A DNA stretch of 64,000 bases, from NCBI GenBank assembly GCA_002633005.1, contig NMRA01000234.1:105405-169404 (forward strand), given 5' to 3'. Every line of letters begins with the position of its first letter. Positions within the stretch are counted from its first letter, which is position 1. The stretch is from Phoronis australis (Eukaryota; Animalia; Phoronida). Made by a program: the position numbers and the translations under genes. Positions 1 through 12,310 of the stretch are shown piece by piece. The notes under the pieces were generated by a model, which worked only from the letters and a program-made list of their open reading frames with translations, searched no databases and was not told where the DNA came from.

Positions 1-469
1 CAATTATCAAGTTTCAACTTTTCTGATGAAAAGTCTTTAAAATGATACCTTATTTGTTTTTTTTCCTGGAGTAATTGTTATTTTATGAAAATTCGAAATC
101 GCAAAATTGTACGTAGTGACTTCTCTTTGTCGGCTGTGTTGACTTTAAGGTCAATATCTTTGCACAGGAACGTCTAATCGAAATGTTTTTTTGGCAAATT
201 ATTCATCATAAAAAGTTCTTTAAAATGACGTATTACATGTCTATTTACGTTTCTTAGTTTTGAAATAATATTTTGAACTCGCAGATTCGATTTGACAGAA
301 TTTTTACCAAAAATTTTGACACGAAAATGACATTTTCTCCGTAACCATAAGTCCAATTTAAAAAAATTTACTATCGTTATTTTAGTTTCGAAAAGAGCTT
401 TCTAATGATGTATATTACATGCACATTTTCTAAAATTTTTGAAAAATGCAGTTCTCCCTATCGTTACAG

Positions 470-950
470 CCGTTTAAGTGGAAAATAATTCAATAAACGT
501 CATTTTTGTGCGTAATCCTCCGGCTTTTCCAACAAAGAAAAGTTATGCCGTCGTTTTGTAAACAGTACGCTCGTGACTCGTGCAGGCGCCATTTCGTAAA
601 TTTTTGCAACATCTCTCAGGAGATGATGGTAGCTTGGCAGCAGCAAAATTTCTTCAGAAATTCGTTTTTTCGGTTTCAAAATTCTAAAAACTTGCAATGA
701 AGTGAAACCAGTTTCGATAATTTGTTGTGACTAGTATGCAACCTCGTGAAAGGCCAGCAGCTGATTGAAGAATTGGTGAAAAAAGAAACTGGCCTATAGT
801 TGACACAATATTTCATGGCGCCAAAAGCCAACGCAGAAGGTCGCTCCACAACTTTAGCAGCAGAATAACGGTAGAACGCCAATTTTTCCAAAACCAGAAA
901 GTATTTTTTTTTACTCAAATTAGTGTGTAGTTTTTAATGACACTAATTTT
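470..950 (+). mobile_element. Copy of a dispersed non-autonomous DNA-element family (family A)
   Basis: Aligns by eye with 2315-2565 (+), about 41040-41470 (-) and 45780-45870 (-). Shared blocks include gccg.ttaagtg.aaa..aat..aataaacgtcattt and cgataatttgttgtg. It may extend to the window start. Confidence 0.65.
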
Positions 951-982
951 GTGTCAGATTTTATCTTACCACTTTTTTACCC

Positions 983-2030
983 ATGTCAGGGCAAAGCTGT
1001 ATATTTAATAGACAGCTTTGTACCAAGGCTAATAGACATTCAACCTTATTGCTTTTTTCAACCTTATTTAATAATAAAAGCAATGTTATGTATAAGGTTG
1101 AATGTGACAACTGTATGGAGTTCTATATTGGACTCACCCAGAGACACCTCTGTGACAGGCTGAAAGAACATAACACCTCCGACAAAATTTATAGGCATTG
1201 TGTTAGCAACAATTACCACGTTACAGCGTTTTCCCGTTGCTCCCAACATTTCTAATATAGCCCAACAACAAGTTGGGAAGATGACCCCTGTGGCCAATAT
1301 CTTGCACGACTGATTTACTCCATTCTGGCATTTATGGTTGGAGGGCCAGTTCTCTTTTGTTTGATAATTGCATTAATCTCCAATGAAATCGTATTTAGCC
1401 TGACTGAGCTGTGCTGTTTAAAATAAAAGTGTAGTTATAACATATTTGAACTTAAACCAATAGAATTTCTGAAATCCTTGTCAAATGGTGGTCATGTTTA
1501 GGTTTTGAATCACCAAAATCTCCCGAACAACAATCGAAGGTACGACAATCTATTCGTTCCGAACATACCAATTTGCTCTGGGTTTGGCTGTGTTCACCCG
1601 TGGTCTGTAATAAGCCTGGTAAATAATTGGGTTACCTGTTGTCATACCAGACAAAAGACCGCCCTTGACAGTTAACAAAGAAGCTAGATATTATCACATG
1701 CTCACAACCCTCTACATCTGGTAAAGTCACTGAATGGGGAAACGTCGTCATGAAGCCAGTTCAGTTAGCATTATTTGTAAAGAACCTGTAAAGGAATTAC
1801 TGTTCATCAAGGAGTCATTGGCCATTCAGGAACAGCATGCTACTGATTCTCTCAATAACGTGCAGAGCTCAGTGACCCTACAACTATGGTGATGACCTAC
1901 TTACTATTCCCTATATCTCTTGCTACTCTCATTTCACTACATGGATGTGACTTGAATGGCAATCGACACTTGTTGTCCTACTGCACATATCCTGATGATG
2001 TCTTATGAATAGACGAAGCATTGAGTTAAC
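983..2030 (+). mobile_element. Degenerate Penelope-like retroelement 3' fragment (GIY-YIG endonuclease remnant and hammerhead-like motif)
   Basis: NVMYKVECDNCMEFYIGLTQRHLCDRLKEH matches the Penelope GIY-YIG pattern (VY.I.C..C...YIG.T.R.L..R..EH). CTGATGA-stem-GAA lies at 1992-2018. Continuity between the two parts is assumed. Confidence 0.7.
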
Positions 2031-2150
2031 TTTTTTATTTGTGCGGCAATTGTCCGATTTTTAATCGTACTTTAGTCAAAAAATGGTGTAATTATCAATG
2101 TCTACTAGCTAGCCAGCTAGCTGTATGAAGACTATTTTTAAAATACATTT

Positions 2151-2570
2151 AGGTACCACTGTGTTTGGACTCCGTTACACCTCAAAATTTCACATATCCC
2201 GGGTAGGTCTGCTCGTCACTTGGTCGTGAAACTTATATCAACATGTAGAGCTAATGACCTGTGAAATGCAAGAAAAATCTGGAAGTCAACTGACATTCAT
2301 CTTGCCCACTGAAGCCGCTTAAGTGAAAAGCAATCTAATAAACGTCATTTCCTTGCATAATTCTCCACCCTTTGTAACAAAGCAAAGTATGTCATTTTGA
2401 AAACAGCTTACTCATGATACGCACATGGGCCATTACCCATCTCTCGGGAGATAATGATAGCTTCATAGCAGCAAAATTTGTTTTGTAATTTGGTTTGCTG
2501 GTATTAAAATACTAAAATCTTGTAACCAGACTCGATAATTTGTTGTGACATGTCCGCAACTTTATGGAAA
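2151..2570 (+). mobile_element. Family A copy including one terminus (AGGTACCACTG), Kolobok-like end
   Basis: 2152-2232 is the reverse complement of about 41542-41627; the downstream part matches 470-740. Confidence 0.65.
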
Positions 2571-2736
2571 AGAACCTTTGAAATGTTACAGCAAGATCTT
2601 TGGTAACCGAATTAGTAACTAATACCACTGTAGACGTTTGTTAAATTTTACTTCTATCAGACTGGATCTAGACACTTCAAGATTTCTATATGCTATGCTA
2701 ACGTTTCTTTTTTAGATTTCGGCCTATGCAGATACC

Positions 2737-3288
2737 ATGAATTGTTCCCTTGGACAGTTATTGAAAAGACCTGCTAGAAACTCTACTATTCATTTGCTGA
2801 GGCGTCTTTGTTCCACAAGCTCATCAGATGCGTCTGATTCACTTCCAGTGAAGACTGATGTTAATACTAGTCAACGTACTCAAAAGAGCTGCTATGTTCC
2901 TATGAACAGCCAACCATTAGTTGAACATTTACAGAATGCGCAGTCAACAGAGCTGCAGCCCTCTCCTGAGTTTCCATCTGATCTTGACACTTACCACAGA
3001 CAATCTCAGGAGCGGCATGCATTCAGACCCAAGGTAGACCCACAACAAACTTCCATTCTGCTCTTCCCAGGTCAGGGCAGTCAGTTTGTGGGTATGGGTG
3101 GCAAGCTGTTGCCATATCCTAATGTTAAGGAGATGTATGAGCTAGCTAGTGAAGTGTTGGGTTATGACCTACTGGACTTATGCCTGAATGGACCCAAGTC
3201 CAGACTTGATAAAACAGTTTACTGTCAGCCTGCAGTCATGGTCACGTCACTGGCTGCGGTGGAGCGACTGAAGAACGAGAACCCCGTG
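2737..3288 (+). CDS. MCAT: MCAT coding exon 1 (presequence, PGQGSQ motif)
   Basis: ATG at 2737 and donor GTAAGT at 3289. An upstream acceptor (branch-like CTAAC, pyrimidine tract, AG at 2714-2715) implies a further 5' exon that was not located. Confidence 0.93.
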
Positions 3289-6200
3289 GTAAGTACAGTA
3301 CTTTGCGTACCTCGGTCATGTGATGCCTTCATTGCTTATGTGATGCCTTCATTGGTCACAGTCACCTCTGTATACCACGGTCATGTAACGGCTTCATTGG
3401 TTACACTCTGCTCTTTTTACCACGTCATGTAACACCTTCATTGCTCACACTCAGCTCTGTATACCACGTCATGTGATGTCTTCATTGCTCACACTCTGCT
3501 TTGTATACTGCAGTCATGTGATGCCTTCATTGCTCGTGTGACGCCTTCATTGCTCATGTGACGCCTTCATTGCTCATATGACACCTCCATTGGTTACCGA
3601 CAACTCTATATACCACAGTCTTGTGATGCTATCATTGCTCACAGTCAACTCTGCATACCAAAGTCATGTGACGCCTTCATTGCTCATGTGATGCCTTCAT
3701 TGCTCACAGCCAGCTCTGTAAATCACAGTCTTGTGATACCTTCATTGCTCACACTCTGCTCTGTATTCCACAGTCACGTGATGCCTTCATTGCCTCACAC
3801 ACACCCCGGTATTTCTTATTCAACATTACGGTTGACCAAAACATTCATTTTAAAGTCCTTGTTGCAAACTGCCCGTGTGGTTCCAGTATCCGAAAATACT
3901 TACTACATAAATTCTTATTTTCGACACCCTTTCTTTATATTCTTTTCGCCTTTCTTGCCAAAAGCGATTTTGTAGCAGTATTTGACCCTTCTCTCTGAGC
4001 GTATGATTACCGGTTGTCATCGGTTATTTCCGTACCCACATTTCCAGCTCATCAGTTCAGGAACTTGTCCTGAACGCCGACATTTTTTCCTTGTAACTGA
4101 ATGTGCTATGGCTTGCTCGAAAAGTCTTCATTATTTTGTTTTATTAGTAATATATCGTGTTTCGTTTGCATATGTAGTGTATTTATAGTTTGTAGTTAGT
4201 GGTCGATGATTTTTTTGGAATGTTACGCGTACTTAGTATGTTAAAATAGCATTGGTGTTTAGTTCCTTACGTAGGCGGGTCGAACCTAGGAACCAATATG
4301 GGTCGAANNNNNNNNNNNNNNNNNNNNNNNNNNNNNNNNNNNNNNNNNNNNNNNNNNNNNNNNNNNNNNNNNNNNNNNNNNNNNNNNNNNNNNNNNNNNN
4401 NNNNNNNNNNNNNNNNNNNNNNNNNNNNNNNNNNNNNNNNNNNNNNNNNNNNNNNNNNNNNNNNNNNNNNNNNNNNNNNNNNNNNNNNNNNNNNNNNNNN
4501 NNNNNNNNNNNNNNNNNNNNNNNNNNNNNNNNNNNNNNNNNNNNNNNNNNNNNNNNNNNNNNNNNNNNNNNNNNNNNNNNNNNNNNNNNNNNNNNNNNNN
4601 NNNNNNNNNNNNNNNNNNNNNNNNNNNNNNNNNNNNNNNNNNNNNNNNNNNNNNNNNNNNNNNNNNNNNNNNNNNNNNNNNNNNNNNNNNNNNNNNNNNN
4701 NNNNNNNNNNNNNNNNNNNNNNNNNNNNNNNNNNNNNNNNNNNNNNNNNNNNNNNNNNNNNNNNNNNNNNNNNNNNNNNNCTTCGGGTGCGAATCGTGAG
4801 TGGCGCGTTCATTTAAACTGTTTTCGAGTACGGATCGTGTATTAGTTATGGGGTAGGTACTTCTTGGATCCTTATAACATCTTCTAACCATGTAATAAGG
4901 GTTAACAACGCGTGAGACAAGGACTTTAATATACATTTCCCTGGTTTTATGACTTCTTTTTAACCACCATTTTGTGAATTGATTGAATTTCCCTGTTTTT
5001 CTCTCCAGATGATAGAGAGGTGTGTTGGTGCTGCTGGATTCAGTGTCGGTGAATATTCGGCGCTTGTGTTTGCCGGAGCATTGTCACTGGAAAATGGTAG
5101 GTTGTGTTTTCATGACATTAAGGTTATGCAGGACCTTAGAAAATGTCCAGATTTGGTTGTCATGGAACATCATATCTCACAAATGACTGATCGGATTCGT
5201 GTGAAACTGTCAGGTGTACTTTATGCACTGTTTTCCAAAACACTGTAGGAGCTTTATTTAAATGTTCCACTTTTGCATGATAGGCTGTCGAAGAACAGGA
5301 CTTTTATGATCTTTACGAAAAAACTTATTAAACCTGATCTCAACATTTTCTTTGCCATGATCTCGAGCAATGACCAGCTGTCATTTCTTTCCAATCCCTG
5401 CACTCACTTCTAATCTGGAAATGTAACAATTTGTGATGGAGCAGTTTTGTAACAGCTCAGTAACAACTTTAAGTAGTCTTTAATGTTTGGGTAAGTTTAT
5501 GTGGTACCTTATCAACAAGTTACTGAATTTTGCCTTATGTCTACAAAACTGTAAAATTTAACCACGTCAAAGTATATATTTCCTGAAAGTAGAAGACCCA
5601 TGGAATTTTGACTTCGTATCAATGAACCACTAATTTTGTCATGTAATTGCATCTTTTTCTTGAAATTAGAAAAAAAATGTACACTCATATCGAAACAAAT
5701 GCTTTCAATAAAGTGACCAAATTTCTTTTGATATACGTGTTTGAGAAACGCAGTCCGGCATTTTCAATATTCTTTTCCTTGTTTTGTTTTGCGAATTTTG
5801 TGTTTTTTTATGTAAGTCCTGGAAACATCAATTTTTGACAGCCTTTCATGTCAAAGTGGAACACTTGAAGATCATTTCCAAACAGAGTTTTGGAGAATAA
5901 TCCATAAAGTATATTATGCGAAAGTTTCATTTCAGTCTCACCAGCCGTCTTCGACATCGTGTCCTAAAATTAGATATTTGTCTGGGTTCTCACGCAGTAT
6001 TTCTAGCTGTGTGACATAAAGGTGTTTAGGTCGCACACATTTAGTATTGAAGTTTAAGCATAATACTGCTCATAAAACTGTTCTCGTCTCGAACTATCAA
6101 CTTGTGTCGCATGTGTCAACTCGTAAACTTTTACATTTTCCGAAACTTGTACTTGAGCCATAATATCTATGATAAATGCAACAGTATACCCGGGCGCCTT

Positions 6201-8096
6201 TTGTGTATTTTACCTTTGATGGTGGTGTTGTTGTTGTTGTTGTTGTTGTGCTGCACCGTCCTGATGTCAGCTGTCCTAAAAATAATCCAATCAGGCCCTC
6301 ACCTTTATAGGAGAAAGGTGCCTGTACTTTCTAATTGGATGATTCAAGTGATGCACCAAAACTGAGGGCTTGAGGGCCCTTTCATTCAACATCAACATGG
6401 TGCCAGTTCAATTAGGAATCAATTCATTTTTTTACTTAAATCTTTATAACACTTAAAAACAACTGTTGCACAATTAGTGACCGGTATGACACGACTAGTA
6501 TGACACGACTGGTATGACATGACTGGTATGACACGACTGGTATGACACGACTGGTGTGACACGACTGATACATGACAATTAGGCCTATGATACGGGAAAC
6601 AATCTGTACATTTTGAGACCTGACATAAACACATTTTACTGTAATGTGGGTCTTCTTACAGCTTTGCATCTTGTAAAAGTGCGTGGCGAAGCAATGCAGG
6701 CTGCCTCAGAGGCGACCCCTAGCGGCATGGTGTCAGTCTTCACAGGTCATCAAAGTCAGCTAGGTCTAGCCTGTCAAATGGCCAAACAGTACTGTCAGAA
6801 GAAACTGGGCATCACTGAGCCTGTGTGTGAAGTGGCCAACTACCTGTATCCAGAGTGCACGGTCATCGCAGGGAATGATGAGGTAATTATCTTGTCCGCT
6901 CGGATTGGTATCTCAAGAAATGTAAGCACTCTTCCAAAAATGACTTATTAATGTTTAAGTTTTGTTTGGCCGTCTTCGTGCACCAAATCTTAGGACTGAG
7001 CTGAGAGCAGCAGACATGCACACAAATGACGAATTCTTTTCATGTTTGTCAAATTATCAAATATCTGTCCAAATCCAAAAGCTTTTTTGCTTTGACAAAT
7101 AAATTACCGTATTCGTTTGGATAAAAGGGACATTATCGTTTTTGTGGGCCAGGTCGGGATTATTGTTGGATGGGATTGATTTTTTTAAGTTGTTAGCTTT
7201 GATCAGAGCTCTTATCCAATAATATCTGTTTTTGTGATTTTTTTTTGTACAAACTGCTAATTATCACTGATGTCTGATATCAAGGAAGGTGAATATACCA
7301 GACAAATACGCTTAAAACACTCTGCCAATCATTGAGACTTGAGAGGTTTTAGCTCCATCAGCAGCGGGATTTTCTGCGACCGTGAAGCGTACGGATTCGA
7401 ATCCTCAGAAAATCACTTTTCTTGCTAATAATGTAACTGTAATACCCTGGCCATTGAAACTGAAATCTCATAAATCATTGAATGGTGTTGAGCAAACCGT
7501 GGGCTGGGCATTTAGCTGATGAGTGGGGTATTTATTTGAAGTAGTAATGTGGTTGACAGCAATGTGTGTTGAAAAACTGAAGCCGGAGTGGTCAGCCTGT
7601 GAGAATTTTTTTCGTTACTTAAAAATATAGGCAGACCTTTGGAAAAGGGGAGTTTGGACATCACTCCTAACTTTGTATTGTTTACTGCTTTCCCTTGTAG
7701 GCTCTTCATTTTCTGGAACAGAATGCCAAGGAGTTTGGGTTAAGACGGATGAAGCGTCTTGCAGTTAGTGGTGCTTTTCATACAAAACTGATGATTCCAG
7801 CCAGAGACTTGCTCACTAAGGCTATTAAGCAGACTGAAGTCAGTGCACCGTTAATTCCCGTCTACTCCAACATGTCGAGCCACTGGTACAGAAACACCAG
7901 TGGGATCATTAAGATGTTACCTCAACAGGTGTGCAAACCTGTCAAATGGGAACAGATCATGCATGTGGTGTACTCGAGAAAACGGGGAGAGAATTTCCCA
8001 GTGACATACGAGGTCGGACCAGGGAGACAGTTAGGCACAATATTGCAGAAGGTTAACCAAAAGGCTTACAAGAGTTATCACAATGTGGAAGTGTGA
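2737..8096 (+). CDS. MCAT: Mitochondrial malonyl-CoA:acyl carrier protein transacylase (FabD/MCAT), spliced CDS join(2737..3288,5009..5096,6662..6882,7701..8096), 418 aa
   Basis: FabD motifs LFPGQGSQ, T..CQPA, active-site GFSVGE, RGEAMQ, VANY, L.VSGAFHT, KPVKWEQ and EVGPG fall in four exons joined in frame by GT-AG introns (phases 0,1,0). The N-terminus is Arg/Leu/Ser-rich like a mitochondrial presequence. Confidence 0.95.
3315..3800 (+). repeat. Degenerate minisatellite, about 44-bp unit with about 20-bp sub-unit (gtcatgtgatgccttcattgctcaca...)
   Basis: Recurrent catgtgatgccttcattgctca throughout, inside an MCAT intron. Confidence 0.85.
4308..4780. other. Assembly gap (473 N) in an MCAT intron
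   Basis: Run of N; the flanks carry gggtcgaa/gggtgcgaa motifs suggestive of a collapsed repeat. Confidence 0.99.
5009..5096 (+). CDS. MCAT: MCAT coding exon 2 (catalytic GFSVG)
   Basis: Acceptor ctctccAG ends at 5008; translation MIERCVGAAGFSVGEYSALVFAGALSLEN; donor GTAGG at 5097. Confidence 0.93.
6483..6572 (+). repeat. 14-bp tandem repeat (ggtatgacacgact) about 6 copies
   Basis: Directly visible. Confidence 0.9.
6662..6882 (+). CDS. MCAT: MCAT coding exon 3
   Basis: Acceptor tcttcttacAG ends at 6661; translation (A)LHLVKVRGEAMQ...VANYLYPECTVIAGNDE; donor GTAATT at 6883. Confidence 0.93.
7701..8096 (+). CDS. MCAT: MCAT coding exon 4 (terminal, VSGAFH)
   Basis: Acceptor ttcccttgtAG ends at 7700; translation ALHFLEQNAKEFGLRRMKRLAVSGAFHT...EVGPGRQLG...HNVEV; TGA at 8094-8096. 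Confidence 0.94.
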   Translation, partial: ALHFLEQNAKEFGLRRMKRLAVSGAFHTKLMIPARDLLTKAIKQTEVSAPLIPVYSNMSSHWYRNTSGIIKMLPQQVCKPVKWEQIMHVVYSRKRGENFPVTYEVGPGRQLGTILQKVNQKAYKSYHNVEV

Positions 8097-11000
8097 CGTA
8101 TAGTGCTGTAGGAGGGAATCAGCAGTGTTCACTACGATGATCTGTGAAACACTGTTGTAAGTATTGAGGGTTACACAGTGCAGATAAACATCAATCTGCA
8201 AGCTTACAGGAATACTACTGCAGAACATATTCATCCCCGTGTAATGTGCACTCGTTCGACTAAGTATGCGAGCACTTAAAGTTAGAAGTGTGGGCTATTT
8301 TGTGGCCCTTGTCATGTGTATAAACTGGTCTGTCCATGTCTTTCCTGTTAGTAATCATATGGTTATCTTCACTAATTTTGTTAATTGTGACTTAGGTCAA
8401 TGCCATGTTTGAGAGAGATTCACAATAGTGTAGATCCCTTTATTTAAGACCTAAAGCCATGTTCTGGAGTAAAAAATGACTTGACGTACATATAACCCAA
8501 TAGTACCATGTTCTTGTCCTTTATTTGATTTGAAATTGGCAAAAAATCCTTGAAATTCCTGGCCAATGGCCCTACTGCTTCAGTGGCTGAAACTGAACAG
8601 TAGTGATGACCATGACGAGCCACCATATCAAGTCTGGTCTGAAGAAATGTTGTTCTCAGGTCCTGAAATAATTTCTAACTTAGGAACAAGGGGATACCGA
8701 TTTTATGGTGAGAGGCCTAAATGAACTTGTTTTGGCAGAGGGCACTAGTTCACTGCACTTAAAAAAGCTTAGGATTTTTCAGTTGCATGTACAACTCTTT
8801 AAAATGCAAGTCTTCATTAAAAGCACACGCAACCCGATTTAACTTTGGTTTTTTACAGTTTTAATCATTCTGTGTCTATACATCACCTCTTGCTTTGTCC
8901 ATTACACCAGGCTGAGAGGTGCGATGGATTTGCCTCTCTGAAACATGAAAAATCATTAAATTTAAGTGAGTGAAGCCAAATATACAATTGCGCAATTAGA
9001 ACTCTGTAATTACCCACGCCAAGTAAAGACGAACCTTTTTACAACAATTTGAAACTTAATAGCCTCGATATGAGCCTTTTAAAAACTGCGTATTGAGAAG
9101 AATGAGTCTGAGTGTGCAAATGAACAGTTAGAATTTACACAAACAACAGAGACTGGAAACGGTTGAGTATTGTTGTTTATTTTGCAATATTCACTCTAAC
9201 TAATATTTCCATATATGACTAGAACCAAAGGATGAAAACATTCTTTAACATAGTGTGGTCTAAATATGATTTTGCTTGTAATTAAATAAACCTAAAATTG
9301 GTCAAAGCCCATTCACAGAAGTTCTCGGAAATAGTATTAGTATCTAAGCACCTTACATTTGGCGACTTTATCCACTTCTCGATTTAGGTGAAACCACATG
9401 AACAGAAATTAAAAACTAACAGATCCCAAAACACCATAAATACATCACCAGTTCATTTGAACTGTTCATGCCATTTACCAAAACATCAAATACATCATCA
9501 GTTCAGTTGAACTGTACGTGTCACTAAGTACCTGTATTGCCCTCTTATACACTATAAATTTAAAACCATGGAACATGCATAAATAACCCAGGTAACCTTG
9601 TCTCAAATACCCACTGCAAACAAGTTCAAGCGCTATCATAGTCACTCAGCTAACAGTATCAAATATAATAGCTGTTTCTATAACAGGATTTGAACAAAAC
9701 TAGATTAACCATGATTCTGCTAATTCAACAACTATAACATACAAATAAATACATTAACCAACAGAATGATAAATTTATCCATATAATAACAGGTCTTTAT
9801 CAGTCCATGCACTTCAATTTACATATTTTAAATATGTCGTCAATCGACATGCATATACAATGCTAAACAATAATTAGTAATTACGCAAGTCTTCATGAAC
9901 TAACATCAACAGGTATATCAATTAATGGCACTTGGTCAATCATTGCTTAATAATTAGTGATTATTTGGGTTGACTTAAGCCTGGTTTAGGTAATGTCGCT
10001 GTCTCGGGTTGTCGCAGACGTAGCTGGGAACCAAATCTCAGCTGTGGCACGTGGTTGCATCTTTACACAACATCTCGAGTTACTACTCTAGCACACAGTT
10101 GACTTGTTTATTATAAATGTGCAAAGGTCTATGATTCAAACAACATACAGACCAGGCTTTGGGTTATGCAGACATGCAACGCTAGCCTCAGTTGTGTTCC
10201 TTTAGGCTAGTTTCATTTGAGTTTGAAATCACGCGAGACAACACCGTGAGTTGCATGTGAACTACATTTTCGCACTTGCTTCTATCTTGGCCTCTGATGG
10301 AAGTGGATATCTCACATGTTACAAGTAAATTCTACTCCACGTCATCTTGCAACTACCGAGTGGACTAAAACGTTTCAAAGTTTAATCAAGAGAAGAGTCA
10401 GAGAAACTCTGCATTAGGTGAACAAAACACAAATACCACACATGAACCGAGATATGAAAAAATGGAGTTTTCCCCTGCAGTGTGAGCCAAATTTGCAGAT
10501 TTCAAAGAAGATAATCTATCCTTGGATGTCCATCAATGATCATGTCCGGGTCATGGTGTTGTATGTGTGTTTAGAAATGCTAGCTCACAATAACAAAAAA
10601 CGAAAAAGGATTCCGCCCATACATGAACCAAAACAAGGGTTTTCATAACAAATGCTCCGTGTGCCTCAGAAGTCATATTACTTACAAAACTGAATACATT
10701 TCGATATACAACATCTTGTCTGACTCATCTTCCTCGTGCACATAACATACCACCGTCTGCGTAAATTCAAAAAGTAATTTAAAAACCCAGAGGACATTAC
10801 ATGGAGAACACCATGAACATGGGCAGTCGAAATGTGAGAGTGGCCCCCTCCTAAAACGGAGACGGCTTTGCCAAGAAAATGCACAACCGGTTCTGGTATG
10901 TGCCCGATTAATCTTGAAACCAGCACCTTACTGTTAAAAACAACCATAAACCGGAGTTCCGTCAGAGAAACTCATTTTGATCAAGATCACTTGCCACTAT

Positions 11001-12217
11001 AAAAGTGGTCTTAACGTGTTCCTTATTCCGATAAAAAGTGATTTTTGAACTTGCAAAGAGCTCACAGTTAGCTATTCCTTGCGACCTGAGGACTATTTCA
11101 AAAAAGATTTAAAATCTAAGTCAGAAATTTGATATTATGCTCCACACAACCATTACTGAAATCTCACTTGTGCAAAAGTACAAAGTCTCTGAGAACATAC
11201 ACACAACTGCTAGTTTCTGAGAAAAGTTTTAATAAATTATTTCTAGACTGAGATGTGCTCATAATTACATATCTAATCTTTCTTGTTAAGCGGGACAGGA
11301 AGATGAAATTTCTGTTTTAAGACTTAAATCACATGTTGAAACATCCCCAGAAATAAGAAATACAAAATTAACGAGCCAAGTTGTATACTCTTGCCTCGAG
11401 CAATAGCAACCTGTTCTTTTCAAGCCTAGAAATCACGCATATTTTGACTTGGAACAATTCAAGATGAATTTCGTAACAGCAAGTGGTCTAAATCAAAAAT
11501 TTGTGATGGAAGGCGGGCTTATAGTCATTTTAGAGAAAAAAGGAGGATCTTGACCCATTTCAGCTGACATCATGCAACATCGGGAAATGAATAACAGTCC
11601 CAACCTACTTCAGCTGGGTAAAGGTTTAATACTATTCTTTTTGAAAATATAGAAAACTAAAACAAATATTGGATATCAGTATACTTTTCACAAAACTACA
11701 GGCCATTTTTGGCCTTAGCCGCTTCTCTGGTGCTAACAACACAAGGAGAGAATTTACATTAAAATGGCTATAAACGCATTTTCCATCAAAAAAGTAATTT
11801 ATGATTTATACCACTTACTACTATAAAACTGATCCTACTTAATGAGATGTAGCTGCTTTAGGCAATACGTGTCCCAACATTCATCATCTTCAGGCAACAC
11901 CATGTTCCCCTCATATTTCCTACATCAATTCAGAACCTCTTAAGATGCTGAAGTTTTATCTTCATTTTCGTGAAACCTTGCACAGAACGGTTGTTGTCAG
12001 TGAATCTCAGTTTTAGCATTCACAAAGGCAGCTACATGTACAGTTCAGTGGTACGTAAGATGCAGCTGATACAAATATTGTAGACAAATATAGCATAGAT
12101 AAGCAACTTGACTCATATTACCAATTTCAAATCCCGGAAGTAATAACACTTAAAACTAAAATCTTCAATGCATATGCAAGCCTAACTTAGAAGGTAACTG
12201 TGCAACTTGTCAATGCT

Positions 12218-12310
12218 TTATGCTAGAAGACCAAGTCTTGACACCTTAGCTGAGAGAAAGGTGTGAAGTATGAAGACAACTGGTTTGGGGCAGGCATGCA
12301 AATCCAACTC
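12218..12310 (-). CDS. SNTB1: Syntrophin terminal coding exon (SU domain end; absent from the ORF track)
   Basis: Acceptor tcttttcAG; translation [30 protein letters not shown] then TAA. Confidence 0.93.
   Translation of the reverse strand, partial: ELDLHACPKPVVFILHTFLSAKVSRLGLLA

Noticed and set aside
3289-3432. C-terminal part of the 231-aa ORF
   Set aside because: Read-through past the GTAAGT donor into an intronic minisatellite.
4252-4936. Long ORFs spanning X runs
   Set aside because: Created by the N gap.
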